Notes: generated by a model not told the origin, from the sequence alone. A stretch of 64,000 bases of DNA from Cetobacterium sp. (GCA_051651165.1 JBOFRT010000308.1:63702-127701); one strand, 5' to 3'; positions 11,219-21,464 are shown, numbered from the stretch's first letter. Made by a program: numbers and translations.

Positions 11219-11548
11219 TAGTTTCTATTTCAAAACATTTTTTCTACACTACAAGAACAATTAATCTCTTTTTTTCTTTTTTAACTCATTTTCCATTAAA
11301 AAACAACCTTTTTCTAGTTGATTTCTATTTTTACAAAAAATGATTTTCTATAACTTTATTTTAATTTTTTTTATTTTACCACTTTCTTTAAATAAGTTTT
11401 AAAACTAAAATTTTTTAAATTTTTTTTTATTTTATTTTTAACAACATCTCTTTATTTTTTCTAATTTTTCTATATAACGAAATTTAGAAATTAAAAAAAC
11501 CAAATTTAAGTTTATTTTTTAATTAAATTTAAAAATTTAAAAAAAAAT

Positions 11549-11586
11549 AAAAGCCAAAAGATTTTTGTTAATCTTTTGGCTTTTTT
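11549..11586 (-). terminator. Terminator of the dinG-pgpH-ybeY-dgkA-hydrolase operon
   Basis: AAAAGCCAAAAGATT...AATCTTTTGGCTTTT inverted repeat. Confidence 0.85.
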
Positions 11587-11587
11587 A

Positions 11588-13108
11588 TTAAAATAGTATT
11601 AAATCATAAATATCCTGTATTCTATAAGGACTTGGTAATTTTGCCTTTAAATTCTCCCAAACTCTTGTAAAATTTTGCTTATCCATATCTTTAAGTTGGT
11701 TATATGCTTGATTTTTATATAGAATATCATCTCCACATTTTTTCATCGCAGCTAGAATTCCTGATTTAATCTTTATAAAATTTTCATCTGTTATTGATAT
11801 TAAACTATAATAATCTGCTAGTAACTCTCTTTCAACACAATGTTCTAAAGTTAAAATTTTTCTAACTATCGTTCCTAAATATCCAATTGATAAATTCTTA
11901 CTAAACATTCCAACTCTTTCACCTTCAACCTCAATAAAAGGTAAAAATATATCTTGATAATGATACTCTTGTACAGATTTTGTAAAGAATAGGAAATTAG
12001 AAAATATAGTTTTTTTTCTGACCTCTTTTTTTAAGAAAGATTTATCAACTTGATAAACTGCTCCTATATGAGGGAAAAGAGAAACCGTTAAATCATCTGA
12101 ATGACAAAAATTAACAATGTTCTCCTCGTAAACTTTATTTGTTTTTATTCTTCTTATAAAGTAATCAGCTTGATAAAGCTCCTCTGTTAAGTTATCAACT
12201 TTAAATAAAGCATTAAATACTTTATTATTATCTAGCAATCTATCTTTAGTATCGATAGATATTTTTCCCAATAGATTTTCAAATTTTGTACTTTTTACAA
12301 AACTTTTCACAAAGCTGTCATCTATCTGTGGTGTTATTTCAATATTTCCAGTTAATAATAAAGTATTATTATCTTTTATAACTTTCCCTTTTTTTAACTC
12401 TTTCAAGAAAAATGATAAATACTCATTTTTAAACTCTAAAAAATATTGTCTTTCAATATCATCTAAATGCAACTTATCCAATATTTTATCATAATTAAAG
12501 AAATCTAAAAGATTTATAATCCCATCTCTATTTATACCAACTGCATTCCAAGTACAAGTATATGGAATAAAACCTCTTTCTTTATCTACCATAATACTTA
12601 CAAATTGAGCTATTCCTCCACCTAAAGAATGCCCTGTTATCGATATTTTCTCTTTAGGAATTTTAAACTCATCATAAAGCTTATTAAACACTCCTAAACC
12701 ATCATAAAACTGCTTTGGTTTAACACCTAGACCTATCTTTAAGTCATTTTCTATAAAATCTTTATATGCATCCTCTAAAGGATATTTTTCACTTCCTCTA
12801 TAAGAAATAACATATGTATCATATTTTACATTTCTAAAAACGACACTATAAAATCCAGTTGAATCCTTATCTAAATCTGAAGCTCTTTTACTTTCTACAT
12901 AAAATATCTCCCAGTTTGAAAGAATATCTTCAAAGAAACCATAAAATAAATATCTTGTCTTTGAATTTGAAAAATAAAAACCATCACTATCTAATTTTAA
13001 TGAATCGTTCTCTCTGTAAATTTGATTTAAATTCTTCTTATAATCCTCTTGTGAAAAATTACAATAAGAGAGTACACTAAGCAATAGATAATCTTTCGCT
13101 CTTTGCAT
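11588..13108 (-). CDS. Alpha/beta-hydrolase, lipase class 3/DUF2974-like
   Basis: ISYRGSE oxyanion segment, ITGHSLGGGIAQ nucleophile elbow, later DDLTV and EYH. Confidence 0.75.
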   Translation of the reverse strand: MQRAKDYLLLSVLSYCNFSQEDYKKNLNQIYRENDSLKLDSDGFYFSNSKTRYLFYGFFEDILSNWEIFYVESKRASDLDKDSTGFYSVVFRNVKYDTYVISYRGSEKYPLEDAYKDFIENDLKIGLGVKPKQFYDGLGVFNKLYDEFKIPKEKISITGHSLGGGIAQFVSIMVDKERGFIPYTCTWNAVGINRDGIINLLDFFNYDKILDKLHLDDIERQYFLEFKNEYLSFFLKELKKGKVIKDNNTLLLTGNIEITPQIDDSFVKSFVKSTKFENLLGKISIDTKDRLLDNNKVFNALFKVDNLTEELYQADYFIRRIKTNKVYEENIVNFCHSDDLTVSLFPHIGAVYQVDKSFLKKEVRKKTIFSNFLFFTKSVQEYHYQDIFLPFIEVEGERVGMFSKNLSIGYLGTIVRKILTLEHCVERELLADYYSLISITDENFIKIKSGILAAMKKCGDDILYKNQAYNQLKDMDKQNFTRVWENLKAKLPSPYRIQDIYDLILF

Positions 13109-13129
13109 TTTATACCACTCCCAAATAAT

Positions 13130-13840
13130 CTAAATTTTTAATATTGATAGGAATATATATGTAACTCCCATTCCTAATACTGCCCCAATTATAGTTTCTA
13201 ATACAGTATGAATCTTTCCTTCTACTCTCGATTGTAATACTAAAATTAAAAGAAAAAGTGAAAGATAAAAAATTCTTACATCGTCTGTTAAAAAGAAAAT
13301 TCCTACAAACAGAGCTCCACCAAGAGCACTATGCCCACTAGGAATTCCTCCTCTCAATGGAGTTCCCTTTTTAAAAAAGCTTTTTATTGATATTACTAAA
13401 ATTACTAAAAATATCAAAAGAAAAACTATAACATTTGCATATGATTCTTTTAATAAATCAAAGAAGCTGGCAAATTCACCAGCTATTCTTTTATGAAATA
13501 CCAAATATCCAACTATCAAGGCATTTGTAGCTGCTATAAATACCGCTCCTGCTCCTACATCTTTAGCTCTTTTAGCTAAAAGATTATAATCTGGTGACAC
13601 TAAATCTACAAAACTTTCAATTGCTGTATTTAATAGCTCTGCTGCTAAAACTAGGGACATACTAATTGATAATACAATTAGTTCCATTCTACTAACACCT
13701 AAAAATATTGAAATCATTAAAACTAATATTGTGCAAAATGCATGAAACTTCATATTTCGCTCTGTTCTAATCGTTTCTATTATTCCCTCAATTGCAACAT
13801 TAAAGCTCTGTGTTATATCCTGTTTTGTCCCTTTTTTCAT
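13130..13840 (-). CDS. dgkA: DgkA/undecaprenol kinase fused to PAP2-like phosphatase domain
   Basis: ERNMKFH, ELLNTAIE..VD, AKRAKDVGAGAV, then GGIPSGHSA and QSRVEGKIH. Confidence 0.88.
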   Translation of the reverse strand: MKKGTKQDITQSFNVAIEGIIETIRTERNMKFHAFCTILVLMISIFLGVSRMELIVLSISMSLVLAAELLNTAIESFVDLVSPDYNLLAKRAKDVGAGAVFIAATNALIVGYLVFHKRIAGEFASFFDLLKESYANVIVFLLIFLVILVISIKSFFKKGTPLRGGIPSGHSALGGALFVGIFFLTDDVRIFYLSLFLLILVLQSRVEGKIHTVLETIIGAVLGMGVTYIFLSILKI

Positions 13841-13851
13841 AAATATCCTCC

Positions 13852-14316
13852 CTAATCTCTAGTATGCCCAAACTTTCCTAGAATCTCTTCCTCTCTAGCT
13901 CTCATCTCTTTCTTATCCTCTTCTTCAATATGATCATACCCTAAAAGATGTAGCATCCCATGAGTTAAAACATAGAAAAACTCTCTTCTAAACGAGTGAT
14001 TATACTCATTACATTGCTCCTTCACTCTTTCTAAAGAGATTATTATATCCCCTAACGTATCATATGGACCAATCATATAATCCTCTGTTTCATGATATGC
14101 AAAAGAGATTACATCTGTTGGACTATCTTTTTCTCTAAAATCTCTATTTATTCTCTGAATATCTTCATTTCCTACTAAAGCTACTGATAAGTAAACTGGT
14201 TTTTCTGATTCAAACTCATCGTTTAAAACCTCACAGATATACTGTTGCACCTCATCCTCTTTTATATACTCCTCATATCCCTCTATTTCTAGAGAAAAAT
14301 CTAAAACTACTTCCAT
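13852..14316 (-). CDS. ybeY: rRNA maturation endoribonuclease YbeY
   Basis: INRDFREKDSPTDVISF, LGDIIIS, HGMLHLLGYDH. Confidence 0.96.
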   Translation of the reverse strand: MEVVLDFSLEIEGYEEYIKEDEVQQYICEVLNDEFESEKPVYLSVALVGNEDIQRINRDFREKDSPTDVISFAYHETEDYMIGPYDTLGDIIISLERVKEQCNEYNHSFRREFFYVLTHGMLHLLGYDHIEEEDKKEMRAREEEILGKFGHTRD

Positions 14317-14335
14317 CGCTACTCCTCTTCTTTAT

Positions 14336-16405
14336 CTACTTTTGTCCTGGGTATTTTATTCTAACGTGATGAATACTCATCAATACCTTTGTAAAAGTTT
14401 TAATTATTATTTCTATCTCTTTAAATGTTAAAGCTGCTTCTGACAACTGATTGTCCTCTATCTTAGAGTTTATAATTCTTCTTAGCATATTTTCAATCGT
14501 TATCGGTGTTTTTTCATCTAATGACCTTACTGCTGCCTCTATTGAATCTGCAAGCATTATTATAGCTGATTCCTTACTTCTAGGAATTGGACCACTATAT
14601 TTGAAATCATCTTCTAATACTGTTGGATCTAACTGCTTAGCCTTATTATAAAAATATGCTAACATCGTCGTTCCTTGATGTTCAAACATAACATCTCTAA
14701 TCTCTCTTGGAATTTTATACTCTCTTCCCAATTCATTTCCATCTTTTGTGTGTGACGTTATTATTAACGTACTTAAAAATGGAGAGATTTTAGAATGAGG
14801 ATTCTCTCCCCCCTCTTGATTTTCTACATAAAACTTTGGTCTTTTCATTTTTCCTATATCATGATAATAAGATGCAACTCTTGCGAATATAGCATTTGCT
14901 CCTATAGCCTCTGCTGCTGCCTCTGATAGTGTTGCAACCATCATCGAATGATGGAATGTTCCTGGTGCTTTCATCGATAACAACTTCAATAATGGATGTG
15001 ATAAATCTCCTAATTCTAACAATCTAAATGTAGTTAAAATATTAAAAGTTTTTTCAAAATACGGTAATACAGCTATTGCTAACATACCTGAAAGCAATCC
15101 CGATATAACTATCTCTCCACTTTGTAAAGCAATTAAATTCTTCTCTCTTCCTATAAAATATGTTAACAATAAATATAAGAAGAATTTTGTAACCGCTAGT
15201 TTCATTCCTAATGCTATCAACTCTTGCCTTGTTGTAACTTTTTCTATCAAATACGACCCCATTAAACAAGCTAAGAATGTTACAATTATAAAAATAGGAT
15301 CATATCCTACTATCGGGAATAAGAACGTTATTGACATTAGTGTCATTATAAATGCAAAATCTTTTGCAAACAATATTGACATCAAGAAAAACATCATTTC
15401 AAATGGTACTACATATATATGATCAGGTTGAGTAAATCTATATGCTAAAAATCCTATTGTATATATTAAAAATAGACTTCTATAAACATTTTTATTCAAT
15501 ATATTTTTCTTAAATTTATTTGCTAATAAGTGATAAAATATTACAGTTAAAATAATTGTATATAAAAAGTTTGCAACTGAAAACCCTAAACTTTTTTTGT
15601 ACGAATATATTCCTACAGCCTCTAACAATTTAGCCCTACTATCTGTTATTATATCTCCTTTTTTTACAAGTAAAGTTCCAGCTTTTATATCTAAAATTTG
15701 ATTATCTATCTGAGATATCTTCTCTGCTATCGAATTTTTAGTTTTTGTTTCATCATAGATATAGTTTGCCGTTAAAAAATTCTCTACAATTTTTTTATCA
15801 AAATCAGATAACTCTAAAAACAACTCGTCATTTGGAGGTGAAATTGTTAAACTTCCCTTTTCTCTTATAATTCCCGTTGCATAAGCTTTTGTTAAAAAAC
15901 CTATAATTCTTTCTTTTGTATCCGCTAAATCTTTTTTATTTAATTGAGTCAATTCATTTATCAGCTTTGGAGACAATGGTTTTCCTATTATATCTTCAAC
16001 CCTATCTAAATAGAGTTTATTTTTTTTAAAATCTTTTTTCAAGATTTCATCAAATAAATATTCAGCTCCAGATATATAAACATTGCCTGCTTGAGGGACA
16101 TAAATATACTCTTTTTTTGAACCTTCCATTAAATTTTTTATAATATCTTGCTTTTTATCCCTATCATTAAAAAGAATACTCTTCGGAGAGTATATATCGT
16201 TTATTGCTACATCTCCTATATCATACTTCTGTGTATTTACTATATAGCCACTCTTTGAGCTAATAACTATTACCATAACCATCAAAATTAGATAGAATAT
16301 CTTCTCTTTTAAATGATTATCTTTCGTATATAATTCAGCATCATCTGCATTTTTCTTGTTAATCTTAAAAGTTAAGCTCAAACCAAACAGCTCAATTTTT
16401 TTCAT
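14336..16405 (-). CDS. pgpH: 7TM-HD phosphohydrolase (PgpH-like cyclic-di-AMP phosphodiesterase)
   Basis: Extracytoplasmic domain + multiple TM + APGTFHHS, YYHDIGK, FYVENQ, IIMLADSIEAA. Confidence 0.82.
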   Translation of the reverse strand: MKKIELFGLSLTFKINKKNADDAELYTKDNHLKEKIFYLILMVMVIVISSKSGYIVNTQKYDIGDVAINDIYSPKSILFNDRDKKQDIIKNLMEGSKKEYIYVPQAGNVYISGAEYLFDEILKKDFKKNKLYLDRVEDIIGKPLSPKLINELTQLNKKDLADTKERIIGFLTKAYATGIIREKGSLTISPPNDELFLELSDFDKKIVENFLTANYIYDETKTKNSIAEKISQIDNQILDIKAGTLLVKKGDIITDSRAKLLEAVGIYSYKKSLGFSVANFLYTIILTVIFYHLLANKFKKNILNKNVYRSLFLIYTIGFLAYRFTQPDHIYVVPFEMMFFLMSILFAKDFAFIMTLMSITFLFPIVGYDPIFIIVTFLACLMGSYLIEKVTTRQELIALGMKLAVTKFFLYLLLTYFIGREKNLIALQSGEIVISGLLSGMLAIAVLPYFEKTFNILTTFRLLELGDLSHPLLKLLSMKAPGTFHHSMMVATLSEAAAEAIGANAIFARVASYYHDIGKMKRPKFYVENQEGGENPHSKISPFLSTLIITSHTKDGNELGREYKIPREIRDVMFEHQGTTMLAYFYNKAKQLDPTVLEDDFKYSGPIPRSKESAIIMLADSIEAAVRSLDEKTPITIENMLRRIINSKIEDNQLSEAALTFKEIEIIIKTFTKVLMSIHHVRIKYPGQK

Positions 16406-16419
16406 ATCAATTACTCCTT

Positions 16420-18882
16420 TTAAGTTTTAGAAATATCTTTTAAGACATCTTCTTTATTAAGTATCTTTATATTTTTTGTAGGTATTGCATCTTTAAAGTA
16501 TTTTCCATAGCTTTTTGTTATTACTCTATTGTCTAATATTGTAACAATTCCACGATCACTTTTACTTCTTATTAATCTTCCAATACCTTGTTTAAACTTT
16601 ATAACAGATTCTGGAATTTGATATTCCACAAAAGCATTTTTATTTTGCTGAGCGATATTTTCAATAATAGCCTCAGTTATTGGATCACTTGGAACTTTAA
16701 AAGGTAGTTTTATTATAATCACAGAACTTAATTGTTCTCCTTTTATATCTACCCCTTCCCAAAATGAATCTGTTCCAAATAAAACCGGATTTTTTATATT
16801 TTTATACATATTTACAAGTTGAGTCCTAGGTGCTTGTCCTTGAATTAAAAGGTTAAGTCCTGCTGCTTCTAACTCATCTTTTATCATATAGTATATATAG
16901 TTTAATGTCGTATAAGAAGTAAATAGTATAAAACATTTCCCTGAAGTTTTCAATATCAAATTTTTTAAAAACTCTCTGATACTATCTATAAATTTAGGGT
17001 CACTTGGATTCAGTAAATCTTTTGGTAAGTACACTTTCATCTGATTATCATAATCAAATGGTGAATGAATAACTTTCTCTAAAGTTTTTTCTTTCAAACC
17101 AATACTTTCTTTAAAATATGAAAAATCATTTCCTATCGCTATCGTTGCAGATGTAAAAATCATCTGTTTTAAATTAGTGTATAAATTTTTATCTAATTCT
17201 CCATCTATTTTTAAAGGTGTTGCTACTAATTTTGAATTACTTTTTTTTCCGTTAACCTCAGCCCAATAAATAAATTTTTCATCATCCAAAGCGTTTATAA
17301 ATTTTAAATTTTCAAAAAATCCATCTAATCTATCTATATATCTAGAAAAATCACTTATATATCCCTCTTTATCTTCTAAATCTTTTATTCTAGCTAAAAT
17401 AGTTCTTACCTTTTTTAAATATACCGATAAATCTACTATGAATTCATCTTTTAGATTATCCAACTGTTCATAAAAAACAGCTCTTTCAAACTCATTTTTC
17501 TTTAATCTATAAGTTATACTCGACATTTGTCCTTTTGAAAAAATCTCTATTAAGAAATTAAAATAAGCTCTTCCAGATGCAAATAAATTACGATGTTTCA
17601 ATTTAATATCATTCTCTAAATCTAACTCCGTTCCTTTTTTCCCATCATAATCTGCTGTTTTTAAATAATTTATTAAAACATCTAAACTCCCTGTTCCTCT
17701 TTTTTTGGATTTTTCCATTGTATATATCTGATTCATAGTTTTAGTGAATCCATATTTTGAAATTTCATAAGAGAAATAATCTCTTGCTACTTTTTCAACA
17801 TTATGAGCTTCATCAAAAACAACAAGCTCGTACTCTGGTAGAATTGAATATTCTGTATTAAATCCAATCTCTTTTCTTATTGCTAAGTCAGAGAAATACA
17901 TATGATGATTTGTTATTAAAATATCCGCTTTTTTCTTTTCATCTCTTGCCTTTAAAAAGTAGCACTCAGCTTTAAATGGACATTTATTTCCAGCACACAT
18001 ATCACTTTCACTTTGGAAGTGCTCCCATATTATGTAGTCTACTTCAAATGGTAACTCTGCCTTATCTCCACTCTCTGTTTTTCCACCCCATTTTAAAACT
18101 TCTCTGAATTGAGATTTTTGACTCTGGCTATACTCTTCAAAATCTACAATGTCTCCTGTTGCAACATTATGTAGCTTTCGATTACAAAGATAGTTTCCTC
18201 TTCCTTTAACTAACATATAATTAAAGTCCCCTGCAATAACCTTTTTAGCTATCGGAATATCTTTGTTTAAAAGCTGTTCTTGTAAATTTATTGTATTTGT
18301 ACTTATTACAACTCTTTTCTTATTTTTTATACTCCATTCGATAGCCGGTATTAAATACCCCAATGTTTTTCCTGTTCCTGTTCCAGCTTCTACAATTACT
18401 TTTGTTTCTGTATTCAATCCCTGTTCTATAACCTCGGCCATCTCTAACTGCTCATTTCTGTATTCAAACTCTTTAAATACACCTGCTAAAAGTCCATTTT
18501 TTTCAAAGTAAGGTTTTATATCTATTTTTATATTCTTTCTTTGAACTAATTCAACTATCACATAGATATCTGTAACTTCATTGTTTACAATATATGAAGC
18601 TCCATCTAATCTATTTGAATATATTGCAGCTATTTCAACATCAGGATCTGAAGGATATAAATGACCAGAAGGATGGTTATGAATTATAACTTCTCCTTTT
18701 CTCATTGCCTTTAATATTGCAGGCACTGAATATCTATTTCCTCTAGCTAATACCTCAACCTCTGTTACTATGCCCTCTTCGTCTGGAATACCTCTGAAAA
18801 ATACTTCGTTTCCATCAACTTTTTCTATCTCTAACTTCATTTTCTTACACGCAGCTAAAGATATTTTTTCATCTATATTCAT
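16420..18882 (-). CDS. dinG: DinG/YoaA-family Fe-S helicase with N-terminal JAB/MPN (RadC-like) domain
   Basis: NE...IIHNHPSGHLYPSDPD JAB motif; EAGTGTGKT, four Fe-S Cys (YLC...C..NKC....C), FDEAH, SFWEGVD, QGIGRLIR; start at ATG 18882 after AGAAAGGA. Confidence 0.9.
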   Translation of the reverse strand: MNIDEKISLAACKKMKLEIEKVDGNEVFFRGIPDEEGIVTEVEVLARGNRYSVPAILKAMRKGEVIIHNHPSGHLYPSDPDVEIAAIYSNRLDGASYIVNNEVTDIYVIVELVQRKNIKIDIKPYFEKNGLLAGVFKEFEYRNEQLEMAEVIEQGLNTETKVIVEAGTGTGKTLGYLIPAIEWSIKNKKRVVISTNTINLQEQLLNKDIPIAKKVIAGDFNYMLVKGRGNYLCNRKLHNVATGDIVDFEEYSQSQKSQFREVLKWGGKTESGDKAELPFEVDYIIWEHFQSESDMCAGNKCPFKAECYFLKARDEKKKADILITNHHMYFSDLAIRKEIGFNTEYSILPEYELVVFDEAHNVEKVARDYFSYEISKYGFTKTMNQIYTMEKSKKRGTGSLDVLINYLKTADYDGKKGTELDLENDIKLKHRNLFASGRAYFNFLIEIFSKGQMSSITYRLKKNEFERAVFYEQLDNLKDEFIVDLSVYLKKVRTILARIKDLEDKEGYISDFSRYIDRLDGFFENLKFINALDDEKFIYWAEVNGKKSNSKLVATPLKIDGELDKNLYTNLKQMIFTSATIAIGNDFSYFKESIGLKEKTLEKVIHSPFDYDNQMKVYLPKDLLNPSDPKFIDSIREFLKNLILKTSGKCFILFTSYTTLNYIYYMIKDELEAAGLNLLIQGQAPRTQLVNMYKNIKNPVLFGTDSFWEGVDIKGEQLSSVIIIKLPFKVPSDPITEAIIENIAQQNKNAFVEYQIPESVIKFKQGIGRLIRSKSDRGIVTILDNRVITKSYGKYFKDAIPTKNIKILNKEDVLKDISKT

Positions 18883-19077
18883 TTTTATCCTTTCTTTATT
18901 TACTAAACTCTTTCTATAATATAATACTCTTTTTTTGAGAAAATATAAAATATTTTTTTTATTATCTTCTTTTTTCGTATAAAATATGATAAAATATCTT
19001 AGGTCCATTGTACAAATTGTGTCTCTTTTTATGCTTACCTGTCAAATTGAAATACCATACTAGGTATTAGAATCATA

Positions 19078-19106
19078 TTGACATAAAGTGTTATTTATGT
19101 TATTAT
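19078..19106 (+). promoter_or_regulatory. rpsT promoter
   Basis: TTGACA, 17 bp, TATTAT with TGn extended -10. Confidence 0.75.
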
Positions 19107-19147
19107 GATATGAAAATTTTATTTAAAATTAAAGGGAGGTTTTTGAT

Positions 19148-19408
19148 TTGGCACATTCAAAATCAGCAAAAAAGAGAGTTATCGTAGCGGAGAGAAACAG
19201 AGAGAGAAATCAAGCTGTAAAATCTAGAGTAAAAACTATGGTTAAGAAGGTATTAGTAGCAGTAGAAACTAAAGAGGTTGAGGCTGCTAAGGCTGCTTTA
19301 TCTGTAGCTTACAAAGAGTTAGATAAAGCTGTAAGCAAAGGTATCATGAAGAAGAACACAGTTTCTAGAAAGAAAGCTAGATTAACTGCAAAAGTTAACG
19401 CTTTATAA
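19148..19408 (+). CDS. rpsT: 30S ribosomal protein S20
   Basis: AHSKSAKKR...LDKAVSKGIMKKNTVSRKKARL; TTG start after GGGAGG. Confidence 0.97.
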   Translation: MAHSKSAKKRVIVAERNRERNQAVKSRVKTMVKKVLVAVETKEVEAAKAALSVAYKELDKAVSKGIMKKNTVSRKKARLTAKVNAL

Positions 19409-19420
19409 TCAATGCTATTG

Positions 19421-19453
19421 AAATAAAACTGGAGACATCTCCAGTTTTATTTT
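19421..19453 (+). terminator. rpsT terminator
   Basis: AAATAAAACTGGAGA-ca-TCTCCAGTTTTATTT. Confidence 0.85.
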
Positions 19454-19473
19454 ATTTTTGGAGGAGGAGTTTT

Positions 19474-19980
19474 ATGATTAAACTTATCGTTTTAGATGTA
19501 GATGGTACCCTTACTGATGGAAAACTTTATGTTTCAAACTCAGGTGATGAAATGAAAGCTTTTAATGTGAAAGATGGATTAGGTATCACTCAAGCTATTG
19601 CTCAAGGAAAAGAGATTGCAATTATAACTGGAAAAACATCACATATTGTAACTAAACGTTGTGAAGAGCTTGGAATAAAAGAGATTCATCAAGGAATTAA
19701 AAATAAAATTGCAACACTTGATTCTATTTTAGAAAAACACAATATATCTTATGAAAATGTTGCTTATATGGGTGACGATTTGATCGATTTAGCTGTTATG
19801 AAAAAATGCAAACTTGCTGCTGCTCCAAAAGATTCTGTAGAGGAGATTTTAGCTATCTCTAATTTTATCTCTAATAAAAATGGCGGAGATGGAGCTGTTA
19901 GAGAATTTATTGAATATATATTAAAAAAAGAAAATTTATGGCAGAATGTTGTAAATAATTTTGTTCCAACAGAACAATAA
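19474..19980 (+). CDS. kdsC: KDO 8-phosphate phosphatase (HAD family)
   Basis: LDVDGTLTDG, KAFNVKDGLG, YMGDDLID, GGDGAVRE. Confidence 0.9.
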   Translation: MIKLIVLDVDGTLTDGKLYVSNSGDEMKAFNVKDGLGITQAIAQGKEIAIITGKTSHIVTKRCEELGIKEIHQGIKNKIATLDSILEKHNISYENVAYMGDDLIDLAVMKKCKLAAAPKDSVEEILAISNFISNKNGGDGAVREFIEYILKKENLWQNVVNNFVPTEQ

Positions 19981-20012
19981 AAAAATAGCTGAAAACTCAG
20001 CTATTTTTTTTT
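19979..20012. terminator. Bidirectional terminator kdsC/yibE
   Basis: AAAAAAATAGCTGA...TCAGCTATTTTTTT. Confidence 0.8.
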
Positions 20013-21109
20013 GTAAACATAATACAACAAAGATATGATGTTATTGGAACTGCTACTAATATCCCTATACTTCCTGCAAAGGCTCTAACTATATCAGCTG
20101 ATATAGATTCAAAGTTTAAAATCCTAATCAACGGGAACTGCTCTTTTTGCAAATATATAAATAGTGTTGAAAGTATTCCGCTTCCTATATAAGCTAGTAT
20201 AAGTGTATTTACCATCGTTCCAATTATATCTGCACCTATTCTCATTCCAGAATCAAAGATCTCTTTTTTCGTTATATCAGAGGCTACAGTCTTAAGTTCA
20301 GTTAGTGCTGATGAAATTGACATTGAAACGTCCATTACCGCTCCCATACTTCCTAGTATAACTCCCGCTGAAATTATCTCTCTTACCCTTACTCCTTGAA
20401 GTAAAGTTGAATAGTTCAAAGCTTCTACTGATACAAATCCTGTCATCGCCATTTCATATGAAAAATACATCGACATACTTCCCGCTATTATTACACCTAC
20501 TACAGCACCTAAAATTGCTACAACTCCTTTTTGAGTAAAACCAGTAGTTAAAAATATAGTTACTATCGAGCTAAGTAATGCACATAAAGTCGATATCAAA
20601 ATCGGTGAATACCCATCCGCTATCATCGGAAGAAAAATATTATATATTATTCCAACGACTATAACTAAAGAAAGTATAGCTTTTACACCTTTAAATTTTG
20701 CTATAAAGATAGTTAGCAGTATAAAAATTCCTATTATTAATAAAATTGAATTTCTTTTATCTATATCTACTATATAATATGTATTTCCGGTTTCATCACT
20801 GCTCTCTTTATAAAGAACCACATTTTGTGCTTCCCTTATAAAGATATTATAAGCTTTTTCTATATAAATAGGTGATTGAACTAAAACCTCTTTATTCTTA
20901 TCTTCACCCTCTAAAATTTTTACTCTATACTCCTCTATCTCTTTTATTCCATCTTGTTCATTAAAACTATTTTTTATAGTATTTTCTAAGTATAAGATTT
21001 TCCCCTTTATATATTCCTCTTTTACTGTACCTTCATTGTAATTATCAATCTCTTCTGAAAAAATAACCAACGAAAGTATAGATAACAATAATACAATAAA
21101 TTTTTTCAT
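19997..21109 (-). CDS. YibE/F family membrane protein
   Basis: ILGSMGAVMDVSMSISS, GADIIGTMVNTLILAYIG. Confidence 0.9.
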   Translation of the reverse strand: MKKFIVLLLSILSLVIFSEEIDNYNEGTVKEEYIKGKILYLENTIKNSFNEQDGIKEIEEYRVKILEGEDKNKEVLVQSPIYIEKAYNIFIREAQNVVLYKESSDETGNTYYIVDIDKRNSILLIIGIFILLTIFIAKFKGVKAILSLVIVVGIIYNIFLPMIADGYSPILISTLCALLSSIVTIFLTTGFTQKGVVAILGAVVGVIIAGSMSMYFSYEMAMTGFVSVEALNYSTLLQGVRVREIISAGVILGSMGAVMDVSMSISSALTELKTVASDITKKEIFDSGMRIGADIIGTMVNTLILAYIGSGILSTLFIYLQKEQFPLIRILNFESISADIVRAFAGSIGILVAVPITSYLCCIMFTKKNS

Positions 21110-21147
21110 GTCCTTCTCCTATATTTTGTATTTTCTGTGTAAGTTAT

Positions 21148-21176
21148 AAAAAAAAACGAGGAAATTTCCTCGTTTT
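21148..21176 (-). terminator. rpsO terminator
   Basis: AAAACGAGGAAA/TTTCCTCGTTTT inverted repeat with A-run. Confidence 0.8.
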
Positions 21177-21180
21177 AAAA

Positions 21181-21441
21181 TTACTTTCTGATTCCTAACT
21201 TAGCGATAAGTGCTCTGTATCCTTCGATATCTTTGCTCATTAAGTAGCTTAATAATCTCTTTCTCTTTCCAACCATTTTTAATAATCCTAATCTTGAGTG
21301 GAAGTCCTTCTTGTGAGTTCTTAAGTGGTTTGTTAAGTGGTTGATTTGTGCTGTTAATATAGCAACTTGAACCTCAGTAGATCCTGTATCTTTTCCATCT
21401 TTTCCGTATGCTGCAATGATTTCTGCTTTGTTTATAGCCAT
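21181..21441 (-). CDS. rpsO: 30S ribosomal protein S15
   Basis: [13 protein letters not shown]...[22 protein letters not shown]. Confidence 0.98.
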   Translation of the reverse strand: MAINKAEIIAAYGKDGKDTGSTEVQVAILTAQINHLTNHLRTHKKDFHSRLGLLKMVGKRKRLLSYLMSKDIEGYRALIAKLGIRK

Positions 21442-21464
21442 TTTATTTCCTCCTGAATATTTGA

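Noticed and set aside
16420-18882. DinG as type IV CRISPR helicase, or JAB as a CBASS/ubiquitin-like defence component
   Set aside because: No cas genes, repeat-spacer array, CD-NTase, E1/E2 or ubiquitin-like gene nearby; the neighbours are housekeeping genes.
18883-19008. 42-aa N-terminal extension of the DinG ORF in the ORF track
   Set aside because: Low-complexity AT-rich promoter region; a good RBS precedes ATG 18882.
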